A stretch of DNA of 41,678 nt from Sulfurimonadaceae bacterium (GTDB taxonomy: Bacteria; Campylobacterota; Campylobacteria; Campylobacterales; Sulfurimonadaceae). Positions 26,498-36,622 of the stretch are shown piece after piece. The first letter of the stretch is position 1. Every line of letters begins with the position of its first letter. The DNA is taken from contig JBFESZ010000004.1 of assembly GCA_041548245.1 (NCBI GenBank), positions 1-41,678 on the forward strand. Direction: 5' to 3'. Under the pieces are notes generated by a model. The model was given only the letters and a program-made list of their open reading frames with translations, searched no databases and was not told the DNA's origin. The translations under genes were made by a program, and so were the position numbers.

Positions 26498-28090
26498 GTG
26501 ATGCCGTCACATACTACCAACTTTTCCAATATGAGAATCATCTATCTGCAGACACCTACGCACCAGACTTCAATTACAAGTTATGCCAAAAATATCACAG
26601 TATATACTTCCGGTTCCACCATATCCTCCGTACTTCATCAGAAAAATTATGACTGTTTGATTTTGGATATGGAACATGTGGAGAGTATGGAAGTCTTGCA
26701 GACTATCAAGAATTTTTTACCCGAACGTTATGTGATCGCCTGTAGTAGCGAATCTGCAGTCATACTGAGTGCGTTAACGCATGGTGTCGATGCCGTTGTC
26801 CTTAATCCACTTGATAAAAATGAGTGTGAGCGTACACTGCTTAAAGCTGCCTCATATATCAATATGCAAGAGATATTTGATGACACCTATTTCGTCGATA
26901 AACTTACTTCATGTATGAACGTGTATGCTTTGCAGGAACGGATCGCATTGCAAGAGGAGAGTGTACTGCTGAAAGTCTCTCTTCATAGCTTTAAAGCCTT
27001 TCAAGTCTATTATGGTACGGAGCTGACCAACAAGGTTCTTGTCGAGTTCAAAGATGCCATCGGGCTCAATTTACCTGTCAATGCTGAACTGTTCAGAAGT
27101 AACGAGGATGAGTTCTCTATTTTATTAAAGAATCCATCTCCCTCTCAGGAGAAGATTCTCTCTTCTCAGTTAAAATCATTTTTTGAGCAGACCCCTATAG
27201 AAGTTGATGGCTTTTTGCTAAAGATTCGTATCGATATTGGTATCGCATCAGGAGATGAGCTCATAGAGAAGGCTGATATCGCCTTGTTTGAAGCAAAAGA
27301 GGGGAGTCGTATCGTTACGTATAATGAGGACTCGGTTTTTATTAAACAACAGCATGCACAGATCAAATGGGTGAAGATCATTCAAGAAGCAATTTGCGAT
27401 GATCGCATCAGAGTCTATTTTCAACCTATTCTGGATAACTCCAGCGATCATATCACAAAGTATGAGGTGTTATGTCGTATAGAAGGTAAGGACGGAAGTC
27501 TATATCAACCTCAGGAGTTCATTCCATCCGCTATTGTCGCGGGCAGGATGAGTGATATTACACGTGTTGTCATAGATAAAAGTTTTAAATATTTTAAAGA
27601 CAATTCCTATGCATTCTCTATCAATGCGACACTTGAGGATTTTGAGGCTGATTATCTGGTCGACTATATTGAATACAAATGCGATTTTTACGGGATAGAC
27701 CCAAGTCGCATTTACATTGAGATACTTGAAAATATTAGTACAGAGGCGACGAGTGGCTGTATCGAGCAGATTCAGGCTTTAAAAGAGATGGGTTGTAATA
27801 TATCCATTGACGATTTTGGGGTAGATAGTGCAAACTTCTCAAGAATGATGCAGATACAGGCCGAAGTGTTGAAAATTGACGGGCATTTCATCCAGCATCT
27901 TCTTCATGACAAGAATGCAAAAATCATTGTAGAAAACATTGTGCAGTTTTCACAAAAAATGGGTGCTAAAACAGTCGCAGAGTATGTTGATTCGAAAGAA
28001 CTGTTGGAGCTTGTAAAAACATTGGGAATTGACTATTCACAAGGTTTCTACATCGGTGAACCGGCTGCTGTAATCCAAGAGTCGTATTGA
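26498..28090 (+). CDS. atypical REC - degenerate GGDEF - EAL c-di-GMP phosphodiesterase
   Basis: D.LT, RSNEDEF; FQPI, YEVLCR, SIN, IEILE, IDDFG, LKIDG, VAEYV, QGF. Confidence 0.9.
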   Translation: MMPSHTTNFSNMRIIYLQTPTHQTSITSYAKNITVYTSGSTISSVLHQKNYDCLILDMEHVESMEVLQTIKNFLPERYVIACSSESAVILSALTHGVDAVVLNPLDKNECERTLLKAASYINMQEIFDDTYFVDKLTSCMNVYALQERIALQEESVLLKVSLHSFKAFQVYYGTELTNKVLVEFKDAIGLNLPVNAELFRSNEDEFSILLKNPSPSQEKILSSQLKSFFEQTPIEVDGFLLKIRIDIGIASGDELIEKADIALFEAKEGSRIVTYNEDSVFIKQQHAQIKWVKIIQEAICDDRIRVYFQPILDNSSDHITKYEVLCRIEGKDGSLYQPQEFIPSAIVAGRMSDITRVVIDKSFKYFKDNSYAFSINATLEDFEADYLVDYIEYKCDFYGIDPSRIYIEILENISTEATSGCIEQIQALKEMGCNISIDDFGVDSANFSRMMQIQAEVLKIDGHFIQHLLHDKNAKIIVENIVQFSQKMGAKTVAEYVDSKELLELVKTLGIDYSQGFYIGEPAAVIQESY

Positions 28091-28260
28091 TTTCATTGCC
28101 ACCAATAGGTGAATATTATCTAATATGAATGGCGTTTTCCACTACTATTAAGTAATAAAGCTAGCTTTGAATATTTACTCTGCATTAGTTTAGTTATGTT
28201 AAAGTTTTTACAATAGAACATTTTCGCGGTTATTCTATGAACCGTCAGAAGAGGTGTGAA

Positions 28261-30105
28261 ATGATAGAGATTCAAGATTTATTACCCTATACAAAAAAAC
28301 TCAAACTGCTTTGTGTAGACGGAGACAGCGCCACAAGACAATCTCTTGTTAAAACTTTTTCGCGTGTTTTTGCACAGGTTGACGATGCCGCTGATGGTTA
28401 TGACGCTCTTAATCATTACAAGATCAACAAACATGACCTTATTATTACAGAGACGGATTTAAGTAACTATTCCGCACTTCAGATGATGGAACAGGTTAAA
28501 AAGATATCGCCTTCTCAGCATGTTATTGTCATCTCCAAGTCACAAGATGCAAAGACCCTTCTGGCATGGAGTAACGTGGGCGTTTCTGGTTTTATTCCCA
28601 AACCGATAAATATGCAAGCACTACTTGATAGTATCTATAAGAGTTGCATTCAGCTTTATGCTTTGGCTCAGAAAAACCAACAAGCAGATGCCTCGCAAGA
28701 GATAAAGGCGCAAAAACGTAAACTACAAGAGCATTATGAGGAGAATGAGAAGAAACTCAATGACATGCTCTCTTATGAGAGAAAACGACTCGGACGTTTA
28801 CTTGCCCAAGAAAAAGAGCTTCAAACACGTTTAACTGAGCAAGAGAAGCTGATTGAAGTTATTCGTTACCGTGACGATCTTACAGGTTTACCTAATCAGC
28901 GTGCATTGAAAAAGGCGATCTCGCAACCTGGAGAAAAAGCGCTTTTATTTATGAATATTGACCGTTTTGATTTTATCAATAGTATTTATGGAATGGGGTA
29001 CGGAAACAAAATACTTAAAGAGGTGGCTTCACGTCTTGAACAGTTTCTTCCAACTAATACAAAACCTTACAGGATAAGTGCCGATGAATTTGTCGTACTT
29101 ATTTCATCGCCGACAGCAAATCAAGAACTGATTCTTTCTCAGCAGATATTGGCTATGTTTCAACAGTCTGCGATTATTATTGACGATATTGAGTTTGATA
29201 TCAGTTTTTCAATGGGTATGGACAGGGGCGATCATAACAAACTTTTTGTACATGCCAAAACGGCGTCAGCTGAAGCAAGAGAAAAAGGACGCGCTCAAAT
29301 GGTGGTCTTTAAGAGTGATTCCGCCTATGTAAAGGCACAAAGAGAGACGCTTTATTGGATACAAACTGTAAAAGATGCCTTGCAAAATGACAGAGTCATG
29401 TCCTATTATCAACCGATCTACAATAATGAGACAGGCCGTATTGAAAAATATGAAGCCCTATGTCGTATATTGGATAAGAAAGGTAATATTTTGGATGCCA
29501 GCAGTTTTATAAACTCTGCTGCCTCTGCCGGTCTATTGACAAAGATATCAAGAGTGATGATCGATAAGGCATTCAAACATTTTCAGACCAACACATACGC
29601 TTTTTCATTAAATGTATCCGCACAGGACTTTCGTGAAGGCTATTTGGAGGATTTTTTACAATATAAGTGCGATTATTATAACATCTCGGCTGATCGTGTC
29701 TATATAGAAGTTGTTGAGAATATCTCTGCAAACGATACGGATAATATGCTACATCAGATCAAAAGTCTGCGAAAAAAAGGGTTTAATATAACCATAGATG
29801 ACTTTGGGATCGAACAGTCAGTATTCTCACGTCTTCTCCGTTTGGAAGCGAAGACGATCAAGATTGACAGTTCATTTATACAAAATCTTGATACAAACCT
29901 TTCAAATCAGATGATCGTTGAAAACATTGTTGCCTTTGCCAATAGAATAGGGGCACAAACCATCGCGGAGTTTGTTAATACAAAACAGGTGCATGAAAAA
30001 GTATGTGAACTTGGGGTAAATTATTCTCAGGGCTTTTACATCGGAGAACCTGCCGAAAGTGCTGTGAACAAATCAGTGCAGCATTCTGTAAATAATATCG
30101 CCTAG
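28261..30105 (+). CDS. pseudo-REC - coiled coil - degenerate GGDEF - EAL c-di-GMP phosphodiesterase
   Basis: DLIITE (Asp to Glu), FIPKP; DDLTGLPN, RISADEF; YQPI, YEALCR, DDFG, IKID, IAEFV, QGF. Start ATG 28261 after GAGG (track start 28237). Confidence 0.9.
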   Translation: MIEIQDLLPYTKKLKLLCVDGDSATRQSLVKTFSRVFAQVDDAADGYDALNHYKINKHDLIITETDLSNYSALQMMEQVKKISPSQHVIVISKSQDAKTLLAWSNVGVSGFIPKPINMQALLDSIYKSCIQLYALAQKNQQADASQEIKAQKRKLQEHYEENEKKLNDMLSYERKRLGRLLAQEKELQTRLTEQEKLIEVIRYRDDLTGLPNQRALKKAISQPGEKALLFMNIDRFDFINSIYGMGYGNKILKEVASRLEQFLPTNTKPYRISADEFVVLISSPTANQELILSQQILAMFQQSAIIIDDIEFDISFSMGMDRGDHNKLFVHAKTASAEAREKGRAQMVVFKSDSAYVKAQRETLYWIQTVKDALQNDRVMSYYQPIYNNETGRIEKYEALCRILDKKGNILDASSFINSAASAGLLTKISRVMIDKAFKHFQTNTYAFSLNVSAQDFREGYLEDFLQYKCDYYNISADRVYIEVVENISANDTDNMLHQIKSLRKKGFNITIDDFGIEQSVFSRLLRLEAKTIKIDSSFIQNLDTNLSNQMIVENIVAFANRIGAQTIAEFVNTKQVHEKVCELGVNYSQGFYIGEPAESAVNKSVQHSVNNIA

Positions 30106-30111
30106 GTCTTG

Positions 30112-30135
30112 CCTTTTAGTACTGATACTAAAAGG
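30112..30135. terminator. hairpin terminator between convergent genes
   Basis: CCTTTTAGTA-ctga-TACTAAAAGG followed by atgttttt. Confidence 0.6.
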
Positions 30136-30150
30136 ATGTTTTTGAAGGCT

Positions 30151-30825
30151 TTAATGAGGGAAAAGTACAGATCCTAAGCGTACCATATTTGATCCGCATT
30201 TAATAGCCAGTTCAAAATCACCACTCATCCCCATAGAGCAGATGTCAGCACCTTTAAGGTCTGCGTAAATATTGTAGGTTGTCTCAAAGCTTTTCTTAAT
30301 GAGTTTTTTGTCCTGCGTGTGTGCACCGATACTCATCGTCCCGCGCAACTCGATATTTGGACAGCTCTCTTTGATTTGTGCGTAAACATCTTTTGCTTCT
30401 TCTGGGGTGACACCGCTTTTACTCTCTTCATAGGCTGAATTGATTTGAAGCAGACACTCCATACTGCTCTCTTTGGCTTCTAGACGCTTTTGAAGTGCCT
30501 GTGCGAGTTCCAATGAGTCAAGGCTTTGAACCATGTAAGGATTGGCATCGATAAGCTGGTTGATCTTGTTCTTCTGAAGGTTACCGATAAAGTGCCATTC
30601 CAGGGGAAGGTCGTCAAGGTTTTTACTTTTTGTGACAAGGTCTTGTACTTTGTTCTCGCCAAAAGCACGTTGACCGATCTGATAGAGACGTTTAATCGCC
30701 TCCTCACTTGAATATTTGCTGACTGCGACTATCTTCACGATATGGTGCTCACTAACGGAGATACGTGCATCCTCTATACGCTGTATGATACTGTCCAAGT
30801 GTATTTTATATTCTACTTCATTCAT
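30151..30825 (-). CDS. yggS: YggS family pyridoxal phosphate-binding protein
   Basis: VAVSK, FGENKVQ, WHFIG.LQ.NK, SMGMSGDFE.AI..GS.MVR.G. Confidence 0.95.
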   Translation of the reverse strand: MNEVEYKIHLDSIIQRIEDARISVSEHHIVKIVAVSKYSSEEAIKRLYQIGQRAFGENKVQDLVTKSKNLDDLPLEWHFIGNLQKNKINQLIDANPYMVQSLDSLELAQALQKRLEAKESSMECLLQINSAYEESKSGVTPEEAKDVYAQIKESCPNIELRGTMSIGAHTQDKKLIKKSFETTYNIYADLKGADICSMGMSGDFELAIKCGSNMVRLGSVLFPH

Positions 30826-30830
30826 GTTTT

Positions 30831-31877
30831 TTATCCTACTAGTCTGTTGACGTCATTATACAAGCCCAAAAACATTAGGCCGATTAAAAGTGCCCATCCT
30901 GCTATAGTCAAGCGCACAAGCATTGCCTCACTCGGGGGTACACGAAATATCATCTCATAAAGGTTGAACATAATATGCCCACCGTCTAAAGCCGGGATGG
31001 GTAAAAGGTTCAACACGCCTAAATTGACCGATATCAGGGCGGCAAAGAAGAAAACAGCCATCCATCCCTGTGAACTTGCATCGGCAGTGATCTTCACGAT
31101 ACTAATAACACCACCGAGCTCTTTAGCCGGAACATCACCAAAGATAAGACGTTTTACACCGCCAAAGATTAATGTTGATGCCCAGAGTGTCTTCTGCCAT
31201 GCGTATTCCAATGAATCTTCTATGTCAAGTGTTTTAGAGACGCCTGCTGCACTGATACCGATCATCCTACGCTGTACTGTCTCATTAAAGTCATTGCGTG
31301 CCTCACGCATTTGAGGTGTAATCGTGATACTTTGAATGTAATTGTTACGTTCAACAAGGAAGTTAATTGCACTTGAAGACTCAGCAATCTTTTCTGCCAT
31401 CTCACTCCATGTCTCGATTTTGACCCCGTTGATCTCGGAGATGATATCATTGCTTTGAAGCCCTGCTTTTTCAGCTGGGGAGTCTTTGAGGACTTCACCG
31501 ACGACAGGCGAGAGGACCTGTGGACCTCCCAATGCAATCAACCAAAAAAGGAAAAATGCGAGTAGGAAGTTTGCGAAAGGTCCGGCAAGGAGAATAAAAA
31601 TTCTTTGCCATGGTTTTTTGACGTTGTAGGAATCATCATCGTTAGAATATGCAGAAGGGTTCGTGTCGTCTTGCCCTTTCATCTGCACATAACCGCCTAA
31701 AGGAATCATGGAGATACGCCATTGTGTGTTTTTCCATTGGAATGATGCTATTTTCTTGCCAAATCCAATACTAAAGACTTTCACATACACACCCATAGCA
31801 CGTGCAGCTAAAAAATGCCCGAGTTCATGAAAAAAAATCAGCAGAGATAGAACCAGTAATGAGACGAACCAACCCAT
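30831..31877 (-). CDS. rseP: RIP metalloprotease RseP
   Basis: HELGH, FSIGFG, PLGGYV, AGP.AN, PDZ domain, NLLPIPALDGG. Confidence 0.95.
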   Translation of the reverse strand: MGWFVSLLVLSLLIFFHELGHFLAARAMGVYVKVFSIGFGKKIASFQWKNTQWRISMIPLGGYVQMKGQDDTNPSAYSNDDDSYNVKKPWQRIFILLAGPFANFLLAFFLFWLIALGGPQVLSPVVGEVLKDSPAEKAGLQSNDIISEINGVKIETWSEMAEKIAESSSAINFLVERNNYIQSITITPQMREARNDFNETVQRRMIGISAAGVSKTLDIEDSLEYAWQKTLWASTLIFGGVKRLIFGDVPAKELGGVISIVKITADASSQGWMAVFFFAALISVNLGVLNLLPIPALDGGHIMFNLYEMIFRVPPSEAMLVRLTIAGWALLIGLMFLGLYNDVNRLVG

Positions 31878-32464
31878 TATTTACCTTTGAAGGCTTTGGC
31901 AAAGCCAATTATATATTCTATACCGGAATAGATTGTAAGGATAACAGCCAGCCAAAGCAGGGCGTCATCGACGGCAAAGATGAAATACTCTTGTAAAGAC
32001 CAGTGCATAATCAAAAAGCCGATGGCAATCATTTGTACAACTGTTTTAACTTTTCCAGCCCAAGAAGCACTAATATCAATGCCTTCCGCAACAGCAACTG
32101 TTCGTAATCCGGTAATGAAAAGCTCGCGGACGATGATGATGTAGATAGCCCAGGCATTGGCATCACCGACAACCATCAAGGCTAAAAAGGCACCGATGGT
32201 AAGCATCTTGTCTGCAAGGGGATCCAAAATCTTTCCCAACAGAGTTATCTGGTCAAAATTTCGTGCGATATAGCCATCAAAAAAATCCGTAGTACTTGCA
32301 AGGACAAAGATTAAGGCGGCAAGATAGTATACCCAGGTAATATGAACACCCTGATCGGTGAAGTATTCAGGGGTAATAATGACCCAGAACATGATAGGGG
32401 CCATAAGAATGCGTATAGATGCTAGTAGATTGGGTATATTGAGTATTTGATTTTTATTAGACAT
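31877..32464 (-). CDS. pgsA: CDP-diacylglycerol--glycerol-3-phosphate 3-phosphatidyltransferase
   Basis: NIPN.L, TDFFDGYIAR, G..LDPLADK, RE..ITGLR, GK.KT..Q. Confidence 0.95.
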   Translation of the reverse strand: MSNKNQILNIPNLLASIRILMAPIMFWVIITPEYFTDQGVHITWVYYLAALIFVLASTTDFFDGYIARNFDQITLLGKILDPLADKMLTIGAFLALMVVGDANAWAIYIIIVRELFITGLRTVAVAEGIDISASWAGKVKTVVQMIAIGFLIMHWSLQEYFIFAVDDALLWLAVILTIYSGIEYIIGFAKAFKGK

Positions 32465-32500
32465 AAGTTACTTTGTGACGAGCCACAAAGGCTCGTGATA

Positions 32501-33268
32501 TTATTGAAATGTTGTTCCACCATCAACGACGATGGTCTGACCTGTCAACCAGCTTGAAGAGTTGTCGCATAAGAAGAGACAGGCTCCGGTAAGATCTTCA
32601 GCCTCACCCATGCGAGATAGAGGCGAACGCTTGACAACTTCACCTTTGACCTCTTCGTAGTTAGGAAAGGCTTTTAGGGCGTCTGTGTCAATAGGGCCTC
32701 CACTGACTGCATTGACACGGATTCCTTTCTCGCCAAGTTCAGCTGCAGCATAGCGTACCATGGCTTCAACTGCTGCTTTGTTTGTACCATGGCCTGCGTA
32801 GTTAGGTGTATAGACAAGGTTACCTGTCGAACTCATTGAGATGATCGATCCACCACCGACTTTTTCCATACGCTTTGCAGCCTCTTGCGCACCGACAACA
32901 AAGGCATCTACAGTCGCTGTATAGATGTTATTGAGACCTTTTGGCTTAAGGCGCATAAAGGGACCGAATCCTCCGACTACAGCACGGCCAGAGATGATGG
33001 CGTTTGATATGAAGAAGTCGAGACGATCAAAATCCTCATCGAACAGCTGATATACATCTTTATAGGTTTCCGGCTCTAGGATATTGAGTAGGTAGGCTCT
33101 ACATTTGACACCGTATTTGGATTCAACATCTGCAATGATTTCATTCGCAGTCTCTGCATTTGAAGCATATGTGAATGCTACATTACATCCTTTTTCGGCA
33201 AAAGCATATACGATTGCTTTTCCGATCCCACGTGTTCCGCCACTAACGAAAAGAGTTTTACCTTGCAT
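32501..33268 (-). CDS. short-chain dehydrogenase (enoyl-ACP reductase / HdhA-like)
   Basis: GGTRGIG, Y.GHGTNK, RVNAVSGGPIDT, TGQTIVVDGG. Confidence 0.9.
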   Translation of the reverse strand: MQGKTLFVSGGTRGIGKAIVYAFAEKGCNVAFTYASNAETANEIIADVESKYGVKCRAYLLNILEPETYKDVYQLFDEDFDRLDFFISNAIISGRAVVGGFGPFMRLKPKGLNNIYTATVDAFVVGAQEAAKRMEKVGGGSIISMSSTGNLVYTPNYAGHGTNKAAVEAMVRYAAAELGEKGIRVNAVSGGPIDTDALKAFPNYEEVKGEVVKRSPLSRMGEAEDLTGACLFLCDNSSSWLTGQTIVVDGGTTFQ

Positions 33269-34161
33269 TACAGTCCTTTGATTTCATATTGTTTGAGTAT
33301 ATCTTCGATAAGTTTCATATTATCCATATTAGGCGCAAGAAGAGGAAGCCTATACTCTAGAGTGTCAATCAAACCGGCAATATACATAGCCGCTTTGATC
33401 GGAATAGGGTTGGATTCACAAAAGAGTACCTTATTAATAGGATAGAGTTTGTCATTGATGGCTTTTGAACCCATAAAGTCACCTTCAAGAGCCTTGTGGA
33501 CAAGTTCACTTTTTAAATTTGGCAGAAGGTTTGATGTTACAGAGGTCGATCCAGCACCGCCGTTTGCTAGAATAGGGTAGTCTATTGCATCATCACCACT
33601 CAGTACTGCGAGCTCCGGACGGCGGGAAAGAAGTTCTACTGTTCGCTCCAGGCTCCCTGTGGCTTCTTTGATACCATAGATGTTTTTTACATCATCAAAA
33701 AGGCGAATAGTCGTGTCTGCTGAGATGTCAACACCGGTACGGCCTGGAACATTGTAGAGCATAAAAGGCAGGTCAGAGACAGCAGTAGCAATCGCTTTGT
33801 AATGTTGATATAGTCCCTCTTGTGAAGGTTTGTTGTAATAAGGGCTTACAGAAAAGATGGCATCTACACCCGATTTTTGCGCGTGCTTTGCAATATCGAT
33901 GGCTTCAGCTGTTGCATTTGAGCCTGAACCGGCAAGCACTTTCGTCGCTGTTCCTTTACAGACTTCTACGGCGATCTCTATGCATCGCTTGTGCTCATCA
34001 TGAGTCAATGTCGCACTTTCACCTGTCGTACCTACGGGACATACCGCATCAATACCGTTATTTATCTGACGTCTGATAAGTGCTGCGTAAGTCTCTTCGT
34101 CAAGCTTTCCATTTTTAAATGGTGTAATAAGTGCTGTTGTCGCTCCTGTTACTATGTTCAT
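33268..34161 (-). CDS. dapA: 4-hydroxy-tetrahydrodipicolinate synthase
   Basis: TALITPF, GTTGES, PYYNKP, LYNVPGRTG, GIKEA, SGDD, ESNPIP.K. Confidence 0.97.
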   Translation of the reverse strand: MNIVTGATTALITPFKNGKLDEETYAALIRRQINNGIDAVCPVGTTGESATLTHDEHKRCIEIAVEVCKGTATKVLAGSGSNATAEAIDIAKHAQKSGVDAIFSVSPYYNKPSQEGLYQHYKAIATAVSDLPFMLYNVPGRTGVDISADTTIRLFDDVKNIYGIKEATGSLERTVELLSRRPELAVLSGDDAIDYPILANGGAGSTSVTSNLLPNLKSELVHKALEGDFMGSKAINDKLYPINKVLFCESNPIPIKAAMYIAGLIDTLEYRLPLLAPNMDNMKLIEDILKQYEIKGL

Positions 34162-35462
34162 TTGTCACCTTTTCGTAAAATTACTGTTGTTGATTGTGTT
34201 TCATTGAAATATTTCACTGCGACTTCCTGGATGTCTTGAGGAGTGAGGGCATTGATATTGTCCTCGTATTCCATCAATGGCTTAAGATCACCACGGGCTA
34301 GATAGCCTCCAAAAAGATCTCCAACGGATGATGAAGATTCAAGTGAGTAGATAAAATCAGCTTTCGTATTGACTTTGATCTTGTCAAGTTCTTCAGCAGG
34401 TGTTATCGTCGTTTTAAGCTTTTTTATCTCAGCAAGAATCTCTTTTTCAACATCTTCAGCTTTGACTCCAGGATTACACACAGCCATAAATATGAAAAGA
34501 CCCGGATCGATGTTCTCCATATTGTAAGCATATACCTGGTTGGCCAAGCGTTTTTCATTGACCAGGCCCTGATAAAGACGTGAGCTTTTTCCTGCACTTA
34601 ACATTTCACTAACAGCAGAGAGTGCAGGCTGGTCTTTGTGCTGAAAGTTGGGGATGTGATAAGTGATAGCAAGCATCTCTACTTCGCTCTCCTTGTAGAC
34701 AACAAGACGCTTGGCCCCATCTTGTTTAGGCTCTACTTGATGTACAACAGGAATCTCTTTTTTATTTTTTATTTTTTCAAAACGCTTCTTCGTAAGAGTA
34801 AAGACATCATCTGGGTTGACATCACCTGTAACAACGATGATCGCATTCTTTGGCTGATAAAAGGTCGCATGGAACTCTTTGATATCCTCAAGGGTCCAGT
34901 TTTGGATATCATCCATAAATCCGATTGGTGTCCAGTGATAGGGATGGTAGATATAGGAGTTGTTAAAAAGTCTAAAATACATATATCCAAGCGGCGAGTT
35001 GTCAGTACGCCAACGGCGCTCTTCAGCGACGACGTTACGTTCAGGCTGGAACTCTTCGTCTTGAAGTTTGAGGCTCTCCATCAGTTCACCAAAAAGGTCT
35101 AGTGATTTTGAAAGGTTTTTTGTCGATGACTTAATAAAGTAATGTGTATAGTCAAAACCTGTGGAGGCATTGCTCATACCACCCATGCCTTTGACGATAT
35201 CGTCAAACTCTCCCGCTTTTAGGTTGTCAGTAGATTTGAAGTTCATATGCTCAAGCATATGTGCAATTCCGCTTTTTCCCATAATTTCATTTCTGCTACC
35301 GACTTTGTAAAAAATGTCCGTAGAGATGACGTTCGTGTTGTTCTCCATAGGGATCACAACGACCTGAAGACCATTATCTAAGGTCTGTGTTTTGTATGAT
35401 GGTAAAGATGCTGACATCATTACTCCTGCAGTCAAAAATATTAAACTTACGAATCTAAGCAT
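34158..35462 (-). CDS. M16 family zinc peptidase
   Basis: L.NGL, GSRNE, GIAHMLEH (HxxEH), NAST, ER.VV.EE, HPY...PIG. Confidence 0.93.
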   Translation of the reverse strand: MLRFVSLIFLTAGVMMSASLPSYKTQTLDNGLQVVVIPMENNTNVISTDIFYKVGSRNEIMGKSGIAHMLEHMNFKSTDNLKAGEFDDIVKGMGGMSNASTGFDYTHYFIKSSTKNLSKSLDLFGELMESLKLQDEEFQPERNVVAEERRWRTDNSPLGYMYFRLFNNSYIYHPYHWTPIGFMDDIQNWTLEDIKEFHATFYQPKNAIIVVTGDVNPDDVFTLTKKRFEKIKNKKEIPVVHQVEPKQDGAKRLVVYKESEVEMLAITYHIPNFQHKDQPALSAVSEMLSAGKSSRLYQGLVNEKRLANQVYAYNMENIDPGLFIFMAVCNPGVKAEDVEKEILAEIKKLKTTITPAEELDKIKVNTKADFIYSLESSSSVGDLFGGYLARGDLKPLMEYEDNINALTPQDIQEVAVKYFNETQSTTVILRKGDK

Positions 35463-36519
35463 TTTTTCTATCGGCTCCGATAGCTTCAGTTATGTTGGTG
35501 TAACCATCGGCTTGGAGAAGTTCAATCAGACCTGTGTTGATATCACGGATCAGTGTTGGTCCATGAAACACAAGAGCTGAATAGATTTGAACCAAAGAGG
35601 CTCCAGCTTTAATGCGTTTATAGGCCTCTTCAGCTGAGTCGATTCCACCTACTGAAATGAGTATGGCTTTACCATAAAGCTCTTTGGCTACGGCTTCAAA
35701 TATCTTAAAGCTTTTCTCTTTCAAAACGGCACCGCTGATACCGCCGATAGCTTCTGGTTCTTTTACCAAAGAGTAGTCAATGGTTGTATTCGTTGCGATG
35801 ATCCCGGCTGCTCCGGCATCAACAGCCAACTTAGAGAGTGAAACGGCTTGCTCGGGCGTCATATCTGGCGCAATTTTGAGCAAGATGGGTTTATCGGTCA
35901 GTTTTTTTGCCTCAGCAAAGAGTCCTGTGATAAAAGCTTCGTTTTGAAGATCTCTCAGACCAGGCGTGTTTGGCGAAGAGATGTTGATGACAAGATAGTC
36001 GCATAGATCCTTGAACTTATTGATCAAAGTAGTATAGTCATTGATTGCGTCTTTTTCATCCGTTGCCTTGTTCTTACCAATATTCACACCGATAGGCGTT
36101 GAGAAAGGAAAACGTTTTTTCAGACGTTTATATACAGCTTTCATTCCCGCGTTATTAAAGCCCATGGCATTTTGCACGCTCTCTTCTTCAATATGACGGA
36201 ACATACGTGGTTTCGGATTTCCCTCTTGAGGTTTAGGCGTGACAGTACCAATTTCGGTAAAGCCGAAACCGAGAGCCTGTATCCCACGTATCATGGCTGC
36301 ATTTTTATCAAATCCGGCACCAAGGCCTACTGGGTTTAAGAATGTTCGTCCAAAAAGTTCTTGTGAGAGGGACTCATGCGTAATGAAATGCTTCTCTATC
36401 CATGGATTGTATGCTGAAGGCAAGATATTTGCACCACGCAAAAAATACTCGACAAGATGATGGGCAGTTTCGGGTTGAAGTTTAAAAAGATATGGCTTTA
36501 CACTGGAGTAGGGAATCAT
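35455..36519 (-). CDS. pyrD: quinone-dependent dihydroorotate dehydrogenase
   Basis: PE.AH, AGFDKN, GTVTP.PQ.GN.KPR, N.MGFNN, NISSPNTPGLR, KIAPD. Confidence 0.97.
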   Translation of the reverse strand: MIPYSSVKPYLFKLQPETAHHLVEYFLRGANILPSAYNPWIEKHFITHESLSQELFGRTFLNPVGLGAGFDKNAAMIRGIQALGFGFTEIGTVTPKPQEGNPKPRMFRHIEEESVQNAMGFNNAGMKAVYKRLKKRFPFSTPIGVNIGKNKATDEKDAINDYTTLINKFKDLCDYLVINISSPNTPGLRDLQNEAFITGLFAEAKKLTDKPILLKIAPDMTPEQAVSLSKLAVDAGAAGIIATNTTIDYSLVKEPEAIGGISGAVLKEKSFKIFEAVAKELYGKAILISVGGIDSAEEAYKRIKAGASLVQIYSALVFHGPTLIRDINTGLIELLQADGYTNITEAIGADRKNA

Positions 36520-36622
36520 CTGTCTTCTTTGTTTTTTTTGTGATTATACTGCAAAATCATTAAGACGAGTTTTAATTGATCTACAGTAGGGAAAATGGAA
36601 GAAGAACCGGGTAGGATATCTA

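Noticed and set aside
26455-28152. Shared ACTAyTATTAAG motif upstream of both EAL genes
   Set aside because: Very AT-rich, non-palindromic and at different distances from the starts; likely chance.
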